From positions 219-64,218 of the forward strand of contig CAZNFL010000005.1 of NCBI GenBank assembly GCA_964572455.1: a DNA stretch of 64,000 nt, in the 5' to 3' direction. Shown piece by piece: positions 24,223 to 33,645 of the stretch (positions are counted from its first letter, which is position 1; every line of letters starts with the position of its first letter). The notes below the pieces were generated by a model. It saw nothing but the letters and a program-made list of their open reading frames with translations. It did no database searches and had not been told where the DNA came from. Source of the DNA: an uncultured Anaerolineaceae bacterium. Lineage in GTDB: Bacteria; Chloroflexota; Anaerolineae; Anaerolineales; UBA11579. Position numbers and translations under genes: made by a program.

Positions 24223-25398
24223 ATGTCCGACGAAGTCGTTTACCAGTCCAATCCATACGCCGCTCGCGTCCTCAGCCAGGCCATCCAATATGGCTACGCG
24301 CCCGACCCGCTGCCCGATCTGCCGCCCGAATGGTTCCATGCCCTTGTCGCCGTGCTGGACGTGATCGGCTCCAGCCAGCGCGTCCGCTGGCAAACCTTCG
24401 TCGCCGCTGCTAAAGGCTTTGACTACGAAATGATCGAAGAGGTTGCCGAAGCCCTGGAAGATACCCTCGACCGCACCGAACAGGACCGCGTTCTCTACAC
24501 CGCCAAAGACGCCCTTCACGATCCGCCAACTCTGAAATGGGCTGTTGAGGGCATCTTCGCCCAGCCCAGCCTCAACCTGCTGGTCGGCGACCCCGGCACC
24601 AAAAAGACCTACCTCGCCATCGATCTGGCCGTCAGCGTCGCCATGGGCCAACCTTGGTTGGGCCATGCCGTCACCCGCTCTCCCGTCCTCTTCGTCGACG
24701 AAGAAATGGGTCTCTACCAACTCTGGGCGCGCCTTAATAGCTCCCTGCACGCCCACGGCGCCGACATTTCCACCCCGTTCGACTTCATCTCCTTGGGGGG
24801 TTACGACTTTCGCGATAGCGCCGACGCAGACCAGCTTATCCACCGCGCCCTGAGCCGGGGCTCAGGCCTCATCATCATCGATGCCCTGGCCAACCTCATG
24901 CGCGCTGGGGAGAACAACCTCGCTTCCGTCCAGCCCGTCCTCTTCAACCTGCGCCGCATGGCCGAAACCTGCAAAGCCGCCGTCGTCGTCATCCACCACA
25001 ACAACCGCCACGGAGTCTTCCGCGGCTCCTCCTCCATCTCCGCCGCCGTCGACCTTATGCTCTCGATCAGTTCTTCCCCGGCCGATTCCCTCATCGAACT
25101 GTCCTCCCTAAAAGCCCGCTTCCACCTCGAACCGGCCGAGGAGAAACCGGCATCTCCTATCTCTCCTCCCGAACCTGCCACTCCACGCAAGGGCCTCAAT
25201 TTATCCATCTTGGAATTTCTCGCCCGCACTTCCGAAGCCACTCGCGAGCAGATTATCTCCGCTTGCCTCGAGTACACCGCGGGCAGCGTTTCTACTGTTG
25301 TGGATGAATTATTGGCCTCCGGGATGATTAAGCGGGCAAATGAAGGAGGAAGGGGAACTAAAGCTGCTTATGCACTTACCAATGGGTCTGTCAAGTAA
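24223..25398 (+). CDS. RecA-fold AAA_25/RepA-like ATPase with C-terminal winged-helix domain
   Basis: Walker A GDPGTKKT, Walker B LFVDEE, IIIDAL...VVVIHHNNRHG. The C-terminal 70 aa resemble a MarR-type wHTH (LSILEFLARTSEATREQI...). Confidence 0.65.
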   Translation: MSDEVVYQSNPYAARVLSQAIQYGYAPDPLPDLPPEWFHALVAVLDVIGSSQRVRWQTFVAAAKGFDYEMIEEVAEALEDTLDRTEQDRVLYTAKDALHDPPTLKWAVEGIFAQPSLNLLVGDPGTKKTYLAIDLAVSVAMGQPWLGHAVTRSPVLFVDEEMGLYQLWARLNSSLHAHGADISTPFDFISLGGYDFRDSADADQLIHRALSRGSGLIIIDALANLMRAGENNLASVQPVLFNLRRMAETCKAAVVVIHHNNRHGVFRGSSSISAAVDLMLSISSSPADSLIELSSLKARFHLEPAEEKPASPISPPEPATPRKGLNLSILEFLARTSEATREQIISACLEYTAGSVSTVVDELLASGMIKRANEGGRGTKAAYALTNGSVK

Positions 25399-25466
25399 CC
25401 AAGAGGCTGTGTGTAGAGTTGGTAACTTGGAATTGGAAACTTGACAATTGACAGCTAACTTATCTT

Positions 25467-25614
25467 GTCATTCCGAGCGAGGGCGCTTAGCAGCGCTTTT
25501 AACGCCGCTGCCCGACGAGGAATTCCTATGTGGGCAATTATTCCATCAAGCCTACTGGTAAACCTTACGCGGCAGGAATTCCTCGTCGCCGCTTCGCGGC
25601 TCGCTCGGAATGAC
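25467..25614. mobile_element. MITE-like inverted pair of family 1 modules
   Basis: Terminal inverted repeats GTCATTCCGAGCGAG (25467-25481) / CTCGCTCGGAATGAC (25600-25614). Inner inverted CGACGAGGAATTCC / GGAATTCCTCGTCG. No coding capacity. Confidence 0.6.
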
Positions 25615-25722
25615 AACCGGGAGACGGGTAGGGGCGGGGAGACCCCGCCCTGACTAGTTCTTATGAATTTTGATAACCGTGGTCTAATAAGGTTGATGTC
25701 CAATCTGGATATAGGGGGGACA

Positions 25723-26913
25723 ATGAAAATGTCCTTACAACCACTACTTAGTTTTGCATTGCTCATGTTGTTGTTGGCTGGGTGCAGCGGGGCGGCCCCT
25801 ACTCAAATACCTGTCGGGCTGTCAGCCACGCCTAATCCGCCAATAGATTTTCCAGCAACAGTTGCCCCGTCTGCTTCCCCGACGGAGACTTTTACTCCCT
25901 TCCCCACTGAACCTCCTGTTCTGCCGGTAGCCGCCGGCTCCCCGGTTCCGCAACCCAGCGAAGTCATCTCGCCCGAAAACGTGGACAGGATCCTCGAGAT
26001 CGCCAATTGGAGCGGACATGGCTGCTCTGTGTTCAGCCTGACCTTCTCGCCAGACAGTCAGATGTTGGCTTCAACGTCTTGTGATCAGACGCTGCGATTA
26101 TGGGACCTGGCAACCGGACAGTCGCGCACCATTGGGCAACCAGGCGTGGAGTTTGGTACTGAATTCTCTCAGGATGGGAACTTACTGGCTGCCTGGTCCA
26201 ACGACAAAACCATAATAGTCTACGATGTGATTAGCGGTGACATTCTTCACAGCCTGGAAGATACAGCTAGCATGTACGACGCGGCCTTTTCTCCGGATGG
26301 CGGCACGTTGGCTGCCGCCAGCGCGGATGGCACGGTGAGAATGTGGGACCTGGCTAGTGGCGGTGAACTGCCCAGTTTGAGCGCTGATCTTGGAGAGCAA
26401 TACGGCAGCCTCTTGCGCGTGTATAACGTGGACTTCTCGCCGGATGGCACGACCCTGGCATCGGTGGATGAAGATAACAGGGTAAGGCTGTGGGACCTGG
26501 CCAGCGGCAGCGTTTTGCGCAGAATAGAAGTTCAGGATGCCCGTTCTGCGTATTTCTCAATGGATGGCAGGATGTTGCTAGTATGGACTGCAAGGAGCTA
26601 CAACAACGCAAGCGATTATGAAACTATCGCGAAGCTTTTCGATGTAGCCAGCGGCAGCAGACTGCGCAATTTCAGCGGGGATCCAGATAAAGGAGGGGAC
26701 ACGGCCTTATCACCAGATGGCAGTGTGCTGATAGTAGGTCTTGAAGACGGCACGATAGTGTTGTACGAAGTAGCTAGCGGCAGCGAACTGCGCCGGTTGA
26801 CTGGTCATACGGATAGGGTGGATAGCGTGGCCTTCTCACCGGATGGCAGGTTCATTGCGTCAGGTTCGGCAGACGGCGATCGCACGATCAAGTTGTGGGG
26901 AATCTATCCATGA
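25723..26913 (+). CDS. WD40-repeat lipoprotein
   Basis: Start at MKMSLQPLLSFALLMLLLAGCSG (lipobox). Repeated FSPDG...LRLWDL WD40 units. Confidence 0.8.
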   Translation: MKMSLQPLLSFALLMLLLAGCSGAAPTQIPVGLSATPNPPIDFPATVAPSASPTETFTPFPTEPPVLPVAAGSPVPQPSEVISPENVDRILEIANWSGHGCSVFSLTFSPDSQMLASTSCDQTLRLWDLATGQSRTIGQPGVEFGTEFSQDGNLLAAWSNDKTIIVYDVISGDILHSLEDTASMYDAAFSPDGGTLAAASADGTVRMWDLASGGELPSLSADLGEQYGSLLRVYNVDFSPDGTTLASVDEDNRVRLWDLASGSVLRRIEVQDARSAYFSMDGRMLLVWTARSYNNASDYETIAKLFDVASGSRLRNFSGDPDKGGDTALSPDGSVLIVGLEDGTIVLYEVASGSELRRLTGHTDRVDSVAFSPDGRFIASGSADGDRTIKLWGIYP

Positions 26914-26968
26914 GCCAACCGCGAGGGCAATGACGCCGCGGTAACTCGAAATGATGGGGGAGATGAAA

Positions 26969-28792
26969 TTACAAAGCGGAACCTTCAGCCAGCTTGCGAC
27001 TCTCTTCAATATACGCCAGACTCTGATGCCTGAAATAGGTGTTGTACAGCGTGGCGTAGTGGCCGCCCTGCGCCAGCAGGCCGTCGTGGTTGCCCTCTTC
27101 GATGATCTGGCCCTGGCGCAGCACGATGATGCGGTCGGCGGCCTTCACCGTCGAGAGGCGGTGGGCGATCAGGATGCTGGTGCTCTCCTTCAGGATCAGG
27201 TTGAGCGCTTGCTGGATCTGCCACTCGGTGAACGGGTCGATGCTGGCAGTGGCCTCGTCCAGCACGAAGATGGCCGGCTTCTGCACCAGGACGCGCAGCA
27301 GCGAGACCAGTTGGCGCTGGCCCATGGAGAGCCGCACGCCGCGCTCGCCCACCTGGGTGCGCAAGCCGTCCGGCAGGGTCTCCAGCCATTGGCCGTCGCC
27401 GATGCGCTTGGCCAGCTTCAGGATCTGGGCGTCCTTCACCTGCGGTGCGGCATAGCGGATGTTGGCCGCCACTGTGCCATCGAACAGGAAGGGCAGCTGG
27501 GAGACGACGCCCAGCTGGCGGCGATACCCGTTCAGGTTGAAGCTGCGAATATCCTGCCCGTCAATGAGGATGCGGCCTTCCTGGAATTCGTAGAAGCGCG
27601 CCACCAGTTTGGCGATGGAGGATTTGCCCGCGCCGGTGTGGCCCACCAGGGCCACATTCTCGCCGGGGCGCACGTGCAGCGTGAAATCACGCAGCACCGT
27701 CTCGCGCTCGGTGTAGCGGAAGTTGACCTTGTCGAAGACGATGTCGCCGCGCAGGCGCGGCACAGCGTTATCGGCGGTCTGCACCACCTTGGGCTCGGCG
27801 TCGATCAGCGCAAAGGAGCGTTCGGCAGCCGACAGGCCGGATTGCAACTGCGTCCAAAAGACCGAGAGGTTGAGCACCGGGAAAAAGAAACGGTCCAGGC
27901 TCTGCAGAAAGAGATACCAGGCGCCGGCCGAGATGATCCCCTCGGCCACGTTAATGGCGCCGATATACACCAGCAGGGAGATGCCGATAGCCGCCAGGGC
28001 GTTCAACACCGGGAAGACGGCGGCCAGCACAAAACCGCGGCGCATATTGACCCTGAAGGAGGACTGGTTGGCTTCGTTGAACTCATTGAAGACCGTATCT
28101 TCCTGGCGGAAGTTCTTGGCCACGGCGATGCCGCTGACCGTCTCTTTGATAGCTGCGTTCACGTTGCCCATGGCGCGCATGCCGGTGGTGGTGGTGCGCC
28201 GGGCCGCCTCGCGGAAGGCAACCGCCGCCAGATAAAAAACGGGCAGCTGGGCGATCAGGATCAAGGAAAGCCAGCCCTGGATAAAGATGAGTACGATACC
28301 CAGCAGCAGGGCCTGGACGAATTCGGAGAGCAGCTCGGTGATCAGCACGATCATGTCGCCGAACTCGCGCGTGTCGGAGCTGATCCGCGAGATCACCTTG
28401 GCGGAGGGGTTCTCGTCGTAAAAGGAGAGATCGTGGGCGGTGGCGGCGCTGAAGCCAGCCAGGCGGATAGCCAGCACCACATCGCCGATCACGCGCACCG
28501 TGCGGCGGTGGCGCCACCAGTTAGCTGCCCAGCCCAGTGCCCCGGAAGCCAGCACCACGCCGGCCACCAACAGGATCTGGCCCTGGGTGATCACCGGCCC
28601 AAGCAGGTCCAGGGCGCGCGAGAGGAACAAGGGCACCGCTGCTCCCGAGAGTGCGGTGAGCAGCGAGAGCACGCCGATGGCCAGCATGCCGCGCGCATGC
28701 GGCCGGAAATATTGTCCCATTCGCTGCAGCAGCTGGCGATCGCTGTATTGGCGATCGTAGGCTTCTGCGTTGAGTCCCGAAAAGAATCCCAT
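26969..28792 (-). CDS. ABC exporter, fused permease/ATPase subunit
   Basis: 6-TM N-terminal half, Walker A GHTGAGKSS, signature LSMGQRQ, Walker B IFVLDEA. Confidence 0.85.
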   Translation of the reverse strand: MGFFSGLNAEAYDRQYSDRQLLQRMGQYFRPHARGMLAIGVLSLLTALSGAAVPLFLSRALDLLGPVITQGQILLVAGVVLASGALGWAANWWRHRRTVRVIGDVVLAIRLAGFSAATAHDLSFYDENPSAKVISRISSDTREFGDMIVLITELLSEFVQALLLGIVLIFIQGWLSLILIAQLPVFYLAAVAFREAARRTTTTGMRAMGNVNAAIKETVSGIAVAKNFRQEDTVFNEFNEANQSSFRVNMRRGFVLAAVFPVLNALAAIGISLLVYIGAINVAEGIISAGAWYLFLQSLDRFFFPVLNLSVFWTQLQSGLSAAERSFALIDAEPKVVQTADNAVPRLRGDIVFDKVNFRYTERETVLRDFTLHVRPGENVALVGHTGAGKSSIAKLVARFYEFQEGRILIDGQDIRSFNLNGYRRQLGVVSQLPFLFDGTVAANIRYAAPQVKDAQILKLAKRIGDGQWLETLPDGLRTQVGERGVRLSMGQRQLVSLLRVLVQKPAIFVLDEATASIDPFTEWQIQQALNLILKESTSILIAHRLSTVKAADRIIVLRQGQIIEEGNHDGLLAQGGHYATLYNTYFRHQSLAYIEESRKLAEGSAL

Positions 28793-28797
28793 GGCTT

Positions 28798-28854
28798 ACG
28801 TTGCTTCGCAACGCGTTGGAGAAGCTACTCGGCTGCGCCGAGTAACGCTTCTCC
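28798..28854 (+). repeat. repeat family 2 copy
   Basis: ACGTTGCTTCGCAACGCGTTGGAGAAGCTACTCGGCTGCGCCGAGTAACGCTTCTCC, between the two ABC exporter genes. Confidence 0.85.
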
Positions 28855-28881
28855 AGGATGGTTTCATTGATGAAAAGTAAT

Positions 28882-30657
28882 TCATTCGCTAAAGATGCGC
28901 CGGTAGGCTTCGGAGGTCTTCATCAGCTCATCATGGCTGCCGGCGGCCTCCAGGCGGCCCTTGCGCAGCACCAGGATCAGATCAGCCCAGCGGATCTGCG
29001 AGAGCCGGTGGGTGATCATCAGCGTGGTGCGCCCCTTGGCGGCGGCATAGATGGCCTGCTGGATCAGGTCTTCGGTGGCGCTGTCGATCGCCGAAGTGGA
29101 ATCGTCGAGGATCAGAATGGCCGGATTGGTGAGGAAGGCGCGTGCCAAAGCTAAACGCTGCCTTTGGCCGCCGGAAAGGGTCACGCCGCGCTCGCCGACC
29201 ACGGTGTCGTAGCCATCCTTGAATTCCATAATGAACTCATGCGCCTGCGCCTGTTTGGCGGCTTGTTCGACCTCGGCCCGCGAAGCGGAGCGCTGGCCGA
29301 AGGCGATGTTCTCGGCGATGCTGCGCGAGAAGAGGAAAATATCCTGCTCGATGATCGAGATCTGGCGGCGCAGCGCTTCCAGGTCCCAGTCACGCACATC
29401 CACCCCGTCCACCAACACCTTGCCGCGCGAGAGGTCGTAGGTGCGGTTGACCAGCTTGGCCAGCGAAGTCTTGCCCACCCCGGTTTGGCCGACGATGGCC
29501 ACGGTTTGGCCGGGCTGGATGGTGAACGATACTTTGTTCAGCGCCGGGTCGCCCTTGTCGTAGGCGAAGGTGACATTGCGGAATTCGATGGCGCCCTTCA
29601 TCTCGCCGCGGTAGCCGCCGGCGTTCTGGTCGAGGTCCGTTTCGCGATTGATCAGCTCAAGAATGCGGCGGGCGCTGGCCACGCCGAGCGAAACCTGCGA
29701 ATAGGCGAACAACGAGGTGAAGACCGGAAAGCCGAACAAAGCCAGCAGGCCAAAATAGGCGATCACGCCGCCCAGGACGATCTGGCCTTGTTGGTAAAGG
29801 ATGAGCGCATGGTACAGGCCGGCGGCCTGGGCCACGCCCATCAACAGCAGGGGCAGGAAGCGGGCCTCGATGTAGCCCTGGTGCACGAAAGCGTTGCGAA
29901 AGCGGTTGGCGCGGCGGCGGAACAGCGAGACTTCGGCTTTCTCCTGGGCGGCGCCCTTGACGGTCTCGATGCCGTCCAGCGCCTCGGAGAGGCGCGAATT
30001 GAGGCGGCCGAAGGAATGGCGCACCTCGCGGGTGACCGGATCCAGTTCCGTCAGGTACTGCCAGATGGACAGGAGATAGGCCACGGTGAAAAGGATCGGG
30101 ATGATGCTGAGCTGGGGATGGATGGGATAGGCCGCCACGATGGGGCTAAGCAGGAAGAAGCTGGCGCCGATCACCAGGTTGAGCCCGGGGTTGAACATCA
30201 GGTTGACTTCGCGCACATCGTTGGTGGCGCGCGCCATGGTGTCCCCCACCGATTGCAGGCTGTGGAAGGTCATGCTCTTGCCCAGCAGGCTGACATACAG
30301 CTCTTCGCGGATGTCGCGCTCGAAGAGCTGGCCCAGCCACTCAGCGCCGAAATTGCGGGCGAATTGCAGCACGCTGCGAAGCATCTGGCTGATCAGGATC
30401 AGCCACACAAACCCCCACAGCAGGTCGACCCGCGGCGGTGTTTGCAAGATGGCTTCGAAGGCATTGCCGATAGTGACGGGCACCACAGTGGCCAGGGCGC
30501 CGTTGGTGATGGCGCCGAATACCAGCAAGAGCACGATGGGCCAATAATGGAACAGCCGCGAGAGCAGCCAGGGGATCGGCCCGCGTCGGTTGGTGCGATA
30601 GCGCTCGGGCAATGTGAATTCGGCCGCATGCGTGGCGGGGAGAGTGGAAGTGGTCAT
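28882..30657 (-). CDS. ABC exporter, fused permease/ATPase subunit (partner)
   Basis: Start at the internal ATG 30657 (MTTSTLP). Walker [10 protein letters not shown], signature LSGGQRQ, ILILDDS. Confidence 0.85.
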   Translation of the reverse strand: MTTSTLPATHAAEFTLPERYRTNRRGPIPWLLSRLFHYWPIVLLLVFGAITNGALATVVPVTIGNAFEAILQTPPRVDLLWGFVWLILISQMLRSVLQFARNFGAEWLGQLFERDIREELYVSLLGKSMTFHSLQSVGDTMARATNDVREVNLMFNPGLNLVIGASFFLLSPIVAAYPIHPQLSIIPILFTVAYLLSIWQYLTELDPVTREVRHSFGRLNSRLSEALDGIETVKGAAQEKAEVSLFRRRANRFRNAFVHQGYIEARFLPLLLMGVAQAAGLYHALILYQQGQIVLGGVIAYFGLLALFGFPVFTSLFAYSQVSLGVASARRILELINRETDLDQNAGGYRGEMKGAIEFRNVTFAYDKGDPALNKVSFTIQPGQTVAIVGQTGVGKTSLAKLVNRTYDLSRGKVLVDGVDVRDWDLEALRRQISIIEQDIFLFSRSIAENIAFGQRSASRAEVEQAAKQAQAHEFIMEFKDGYDTVVGERGVTLSGGQRQRLALARAFLTNPAILILDDSTSAIDSATEDLIQQAIYAAAKGRTTLMITHRLSQIRWADLILVLRKGRLEAAGSHDELMKTSEAYRRIFSE

Positions 30658-30722
30658 TTTGTTTAAGCGAAGCAGCGCTGCCGGGATTAAGACGCGGTGG
30701 TTAGGATACCACAAGCGTGTGT

Positions 30723-30923
30723 GTCATTCTGAAGGAGTGAGGAAGCCGAAGGCCACCGAACGACTGAAGAATCACTGAAGGCATATTTTTTACATTAGGT
30801 TTAGCTGGAGAAAAATGGCAGCTGTCCGGGTGGAAACTTGTTCGCCTTAATTTGCGGAACTTGGCTATTCCGAAAGCCGCGCTATAAGGATTCTTCGGCT
30901 CGCCGAGCTCGCCTCAGAATGAC
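30723..30923. mobile_element. MITE-like inverted pair of family 1 modules
   Basis: GTCATTCTGAAGG...GAAGAATC (30723-30773) and a long-form copy ending CCTCAGAATGAC (30851-30923) face each other across about 77 bp. Confidence 0.55.
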
Positions 30924-30930
30924 AACACGG

Positions 30931-31419
30931 TCACTTTTCCAGAAAAAAGATCGTAAATGGAAAATCGTTTTTCGGTCCGGCGGCGAATTCGGTTTGTTCT
31001 GTGATCCGCCACTCATCCATGTCGAAGGGAGGGAAGAAAACATCCGCGTTGGCATCGGCATGTACGCGGGTCAGGTGCAGTCGCTGCGCCAGCGGCAAGG
31101 CTTGCGCAAATACTTGCGCTCCCCCGATGACGAAGAGTTCTTGCTCACCGGCTTTCTTGGCAAGGTCGATGCCGGCCTCCAGCGAGCCGGCTACCTGGGC
31201 ATCCTCGGGCTGAAAAGCCAGGTCACGCGAAAGCACGATGAGCTTGCGGCCCGGCATCTTACCGGCCGCGCTCTGGTAAGTCTTGCGGCCCATGAGCACA
31301 TGGTGGCCCATGGTGAGACGGCGGAAATGCTTGAGGTCGTCGGAGAGATGCCAGGGCAGGCGATTGTCGCGGCCGATGCCGCCGCGTTGGTCCACGGCGG
31401 CCACGAGGGAGATCAGCAT
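30931..31419 (-). CDS. folA: dihydrofolate reductase
   Basis: 162 aa: ISLVAAVDQRGGIGRDNRLPW...GRKTYQS. Confidence 0.9.
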   Translation of the reverse strand: MLISLVAAVDQRGGIGRDNRLPWHLSDDLKHFRRLTMGHHVLMGRKTYQSAAGKMPGRKLIVLSRDLAFQPEDAQVAGSLEAGIDLAKKAGEQELFVIGGAQVFAQALPLAQRLHLTRVHADANADVFFPPFDMDEWRITEQTEFAAGPKNDFPFTIFFLEK

Positions 31420-31510
31420 GGAGGGCTCAGGAGGGGCAAATAAAGGGTAGATGCGTCAGGCGTCATTATGCTTTCCAAGGTAATACTTCGAGACTTGCCA
31501 CGTCGGGCGG

Positions 31511-31660
31511 ATGGCTTCGCCTCGCCCTCCTCGCAATGACAAGAAGGGGTGAATGGCCGCGCCTGGCGCTCCTGGCAATGATGGGAAGAGGAGAATGGCT
31601 TCGCCTCGCGCTCCTCGCAATGATGGGAAAGACTCGGAATGACAAGAATTTGGGAATGCG
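31511..31660 (-). repeat. 42-bp tandem repeat x3 of a family 1 variant (GTCATTGCGAGGAGCGCGAGGCGAAGCCAT on the minus strand), plus two short heads
   Basis: Units at 31511-31552, 31553-31594 and 31595-31637, then AATGACAAG / GGGAATGCG remnants. Confidence 0.85.
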
Positions 31661-31664
31661 ATAG

Positions 31665-32459
31665 TCAAACCGCCACCGGAGCTTTGATGTGGGGATGGGC
31701 CCGATAATCGAGCAGGGTGAAATCGGCATAATCAAAATCGAAGATGGATTTCACATTGGGGTTCAACTGCAGGCGGGGCAACGGGAATGTCTCGCGGGAC
31801 AACTGCAGCCTGGCCTGCTCGAAATGGTTGCTGTACAAATGGCAGTCGCCGAGGCTGATGACGAAGTCGCCAGGCTGCAGTCCGCAGACTTGAGCCACCA
31901 TCAGGGTGAGCAGCGAATAGGAAGCGATATTGAAGGGCAGGCCAAGAAAGATGTCGGCCGAGCGCTGGTAGAGCTGGCAGGAGAGGCGGCCGTCGGCCAC
32001 GTAGAACTGGAACAAAAGATGGCAAGGCGGCAGCGCCATCTGCGGCAACTGGCCGACGTTCCAAGCGCTCACCAACAGCCGGCGCGAATCTGGGTTGCGC
32101 TGGATCTCGGCGAGCACTCGGGAGATCTGGTCGATGGCATCCCCCTGCTGCGTGGGCCAGGAGCGCCACTGCACCCCGTATACCGGGCCGAGCTCGCCCT
32201 GCTCGTCGGCCCACTCGTCCCAAATACTCACCCCGTGCTCTTTGAGGAAAGCTGTATTGGAATCGCCGCGCAGGAACCACAACAATTCATAGATGATGGA
32301 TTTGGTATGCATTTTCTTGGTGGTGAGCAGAGGAAAACCGGCGCTCAGGTCGAAGCGCATTTGATGGCCGAACACGGAGCGCGTGCCGGTGCCGGTGCGG
32401 TCTTGTTTCACCGCCCCGTTATCAAGGACGTGTTGCATGAGGTCGAGGTAGGGTTTCAT
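31665..32459 (-). CDS. thyA: thymidylate synthase (ThyA type)
   Basis: Start at the internal ATG 32459 ([12 protein letters not shown]...), giving 264 aa. Conserved [16 protein letters not shown]. The ORF-track extension runs through repeats. Confidence 0.9.
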   Translation of the reverse strand: MKPYLDLMQHVLDNGAVKQDRTGTGTRSVFGHQMRFDLSAGFPLLTTKKMHTKSIIYELLWFLRGDSNTAFLKEHGVSIWDEWADEQGELGPVYGVQWRSWPTQQGDAIDQISRVLAEIQRNPDSRRLLVSAWNVGQLPQMALPPCHLLFQFYVADGRLSCQLYQRSADIFLGLPFNIASYSLLTLMVAQVCGLQPGDFVISLGDCHLYSNHFEQARLQLSRETFPLPRLQLNPNVKSIFDFDYADFTLLDYRAHPHIKAPVAV

Positions 32460-32460
32460 G

Positions 32461-32666
32461 GCGTTGCTTCGCAGGAGCGAAGGGATGTATGAAATTATAA
32501 GGCAACACAAGAAGGCAGAATGATATTTGGCGGAACGAGGTAATTCAGGGAGATAAGGTTTATGGATTCTTCGCTGGCGCGGGTTCTCGGTCTGGTATTG
32601 GCTTAATACCCGCTCAGAATGACACGCGAAAAGGCGCGCGCTCGGAATGACAAAATGGGGGAATGA
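32461..32666 (-). repeat. repeat block: family 2-like hairpin (32461-32487), long-form family 1 copy (32538-32623), two short heads (32636-32651, 32656-32666)
   Basis: Read directly. The copy at 32538-32623 is about 85 percent identical, by eye, to 50270-50356. Confidence 0.8.
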
Positions 32667-32674
32667 CAGAATAG

Positions 32675-33634
32675 TTACGGTAAGGTTTCGTTCCACCAGC
32701 CTTCGGCGCGTTCGGCCAGCACCAGGCGCCCGGCTTCAATATCGCGATGGATCTGGGCCAGCAACTCTTCGACGCCGGAAAACTTCTGTTCAGCCCGCAG
32801 GCGGGCAACAAAATCCAGGCGAAGCTGCTGGCCGTAAAACTCGCCCCCAGCGTAGTCCAAGAGGTGAGTTTCTACAATCGGCGCGGCGAGCCGGTCTTCG
32901 AAGGTTGGGCGCAAACCGATGTTGGTCACCGAGCCCCAGCGGCGAGAGCCGATGGTGGCCCAGGTGACGTAAACGCCGGAGGCCGGCAGAGCGCGCTTGG
33001 CGGAAAGGGCCAAATTTGCCGTGGGGATACCGATGGTGCGGCCGCGCCCAGCCCCAGTGGTAACCTCACCGGTCAGCGCATAAGGGCGGCCAAGGAAACG
33101 GGCGGCCTCCTCCACCTTGCCTTCGCCCAACAGCTTGCGGATGCAAGAAGAAGAAACAACTTCGCCGTCCAAGCGGACGGCTTCGACAGTATGGACCTCA
33201 AAGCCCAGCTCCTTACCGAGCTTGATCAAAGCAGGGATATCGCCTTCGCGGTTATGTCCCAACGCAAAATCGTGGCCCACCCACAATTGCTTCAAGCCCA
33301 AATGGCCGGCTAAGAGGCGGACAAAGTCGCGAGCGGAGGTATTGGCGAGTTCCTGGGTAAACGGTTGGATGACGAGCAGGTCAATGCCCAAGGCCGAGAT
33401 GTGCTCGGCCTTTTCTTCGGGGCCGCTGAGGTAGAAATATTGCACGGGACCGCGCAAGACTTCGGTTGGATGGGGGAAGAAGCTAAGCACAACGGCCGAA
33501 GCCCCCAGCGCATGGGCCCCAGCCGTTAGAGCTTTCAGGATCTTTTGATGACCAAGATGCACCCCATCAAACACTCCGATGGTAAGCCAGGCAGCGCCGA
33601 GCCGTGCATCCTGCAGCGAATGCAGATGCTGCAT
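32675..33634 (-). CDS. ribF: bifunctional riboflavin kinase / FMN adenylyltransferase
   Basis: [11 protein letters not shown] motif, 319 aa. Confidence 0.9.
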   Translation of the reverse strand: MQHLHSLQDARLGAAWLTIGVFDGVHLGHQKILKALTAGAHALGASAVVLSFFPHPTEVLRGPVQYFYLSGPEEKAEHISALGIDLLVIQPFTQELANTSARDFVRLLAGHLGLKQLWVGHDFALGHNREGDIPALIKLGKELGFEVHTVEAVRLDGEVVSSSCIRKLLGEGKVEEAARFLGRPYALTGEVTTGAGRGRTIGIPTANLALSAKRALPASGVYVTWATIGSRRWGSVTNIGLRPTFEDRLAAPIVETHLLDYAGGEFYGQQLRLDFVARLRAEQKFSGVEELLAQIHRDIEAGRLVLAERAEGWWNETLP

Positions 33635-33645
33635 GGCGGCTCCGT

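Noticed and set aside
21367-25614. Calling the island a defined integrative mobile element.
   Set aside because: No integrase, recombinase or transposase, no tRNA target and no flanking direct repeats could be found. Only compositional contrast and the AAA_25/wHTH gene support foreign origin.
26951-28870. A 639-aa plus-strand ORF, and similar long ORFs at 29164-30666, 35478-36845, 38793-40142, 14975-16165, 11438-12319, 50556-51536, 52495-53433 and 55391-56278.
   Set aside because: Each is the antisense mirror of a well-supported gene (ABC exporters, infB, nusA, the UPF0104 membrane protein gene at 15254-16276 with the 3' end of the SCO1664-family gene, rarA, the DUF3048 gene at 50634-52268, acnA, and the hypothetical protein at 55256-56734). 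Their products are low-complexity, Arg/Gly/Ala/His-rich sequences. Stop-poor antisense frames are expected in GC-rich DNA.
31511-31660. Possible CRISPR arrays at the tandem repeats 31511-31660 and 50413-50598.
   Set aside because: The units abut each other with no unique spacers. The copies are degenerate and belong to the dispersed family 1 repeats. No cas genes are in the window.
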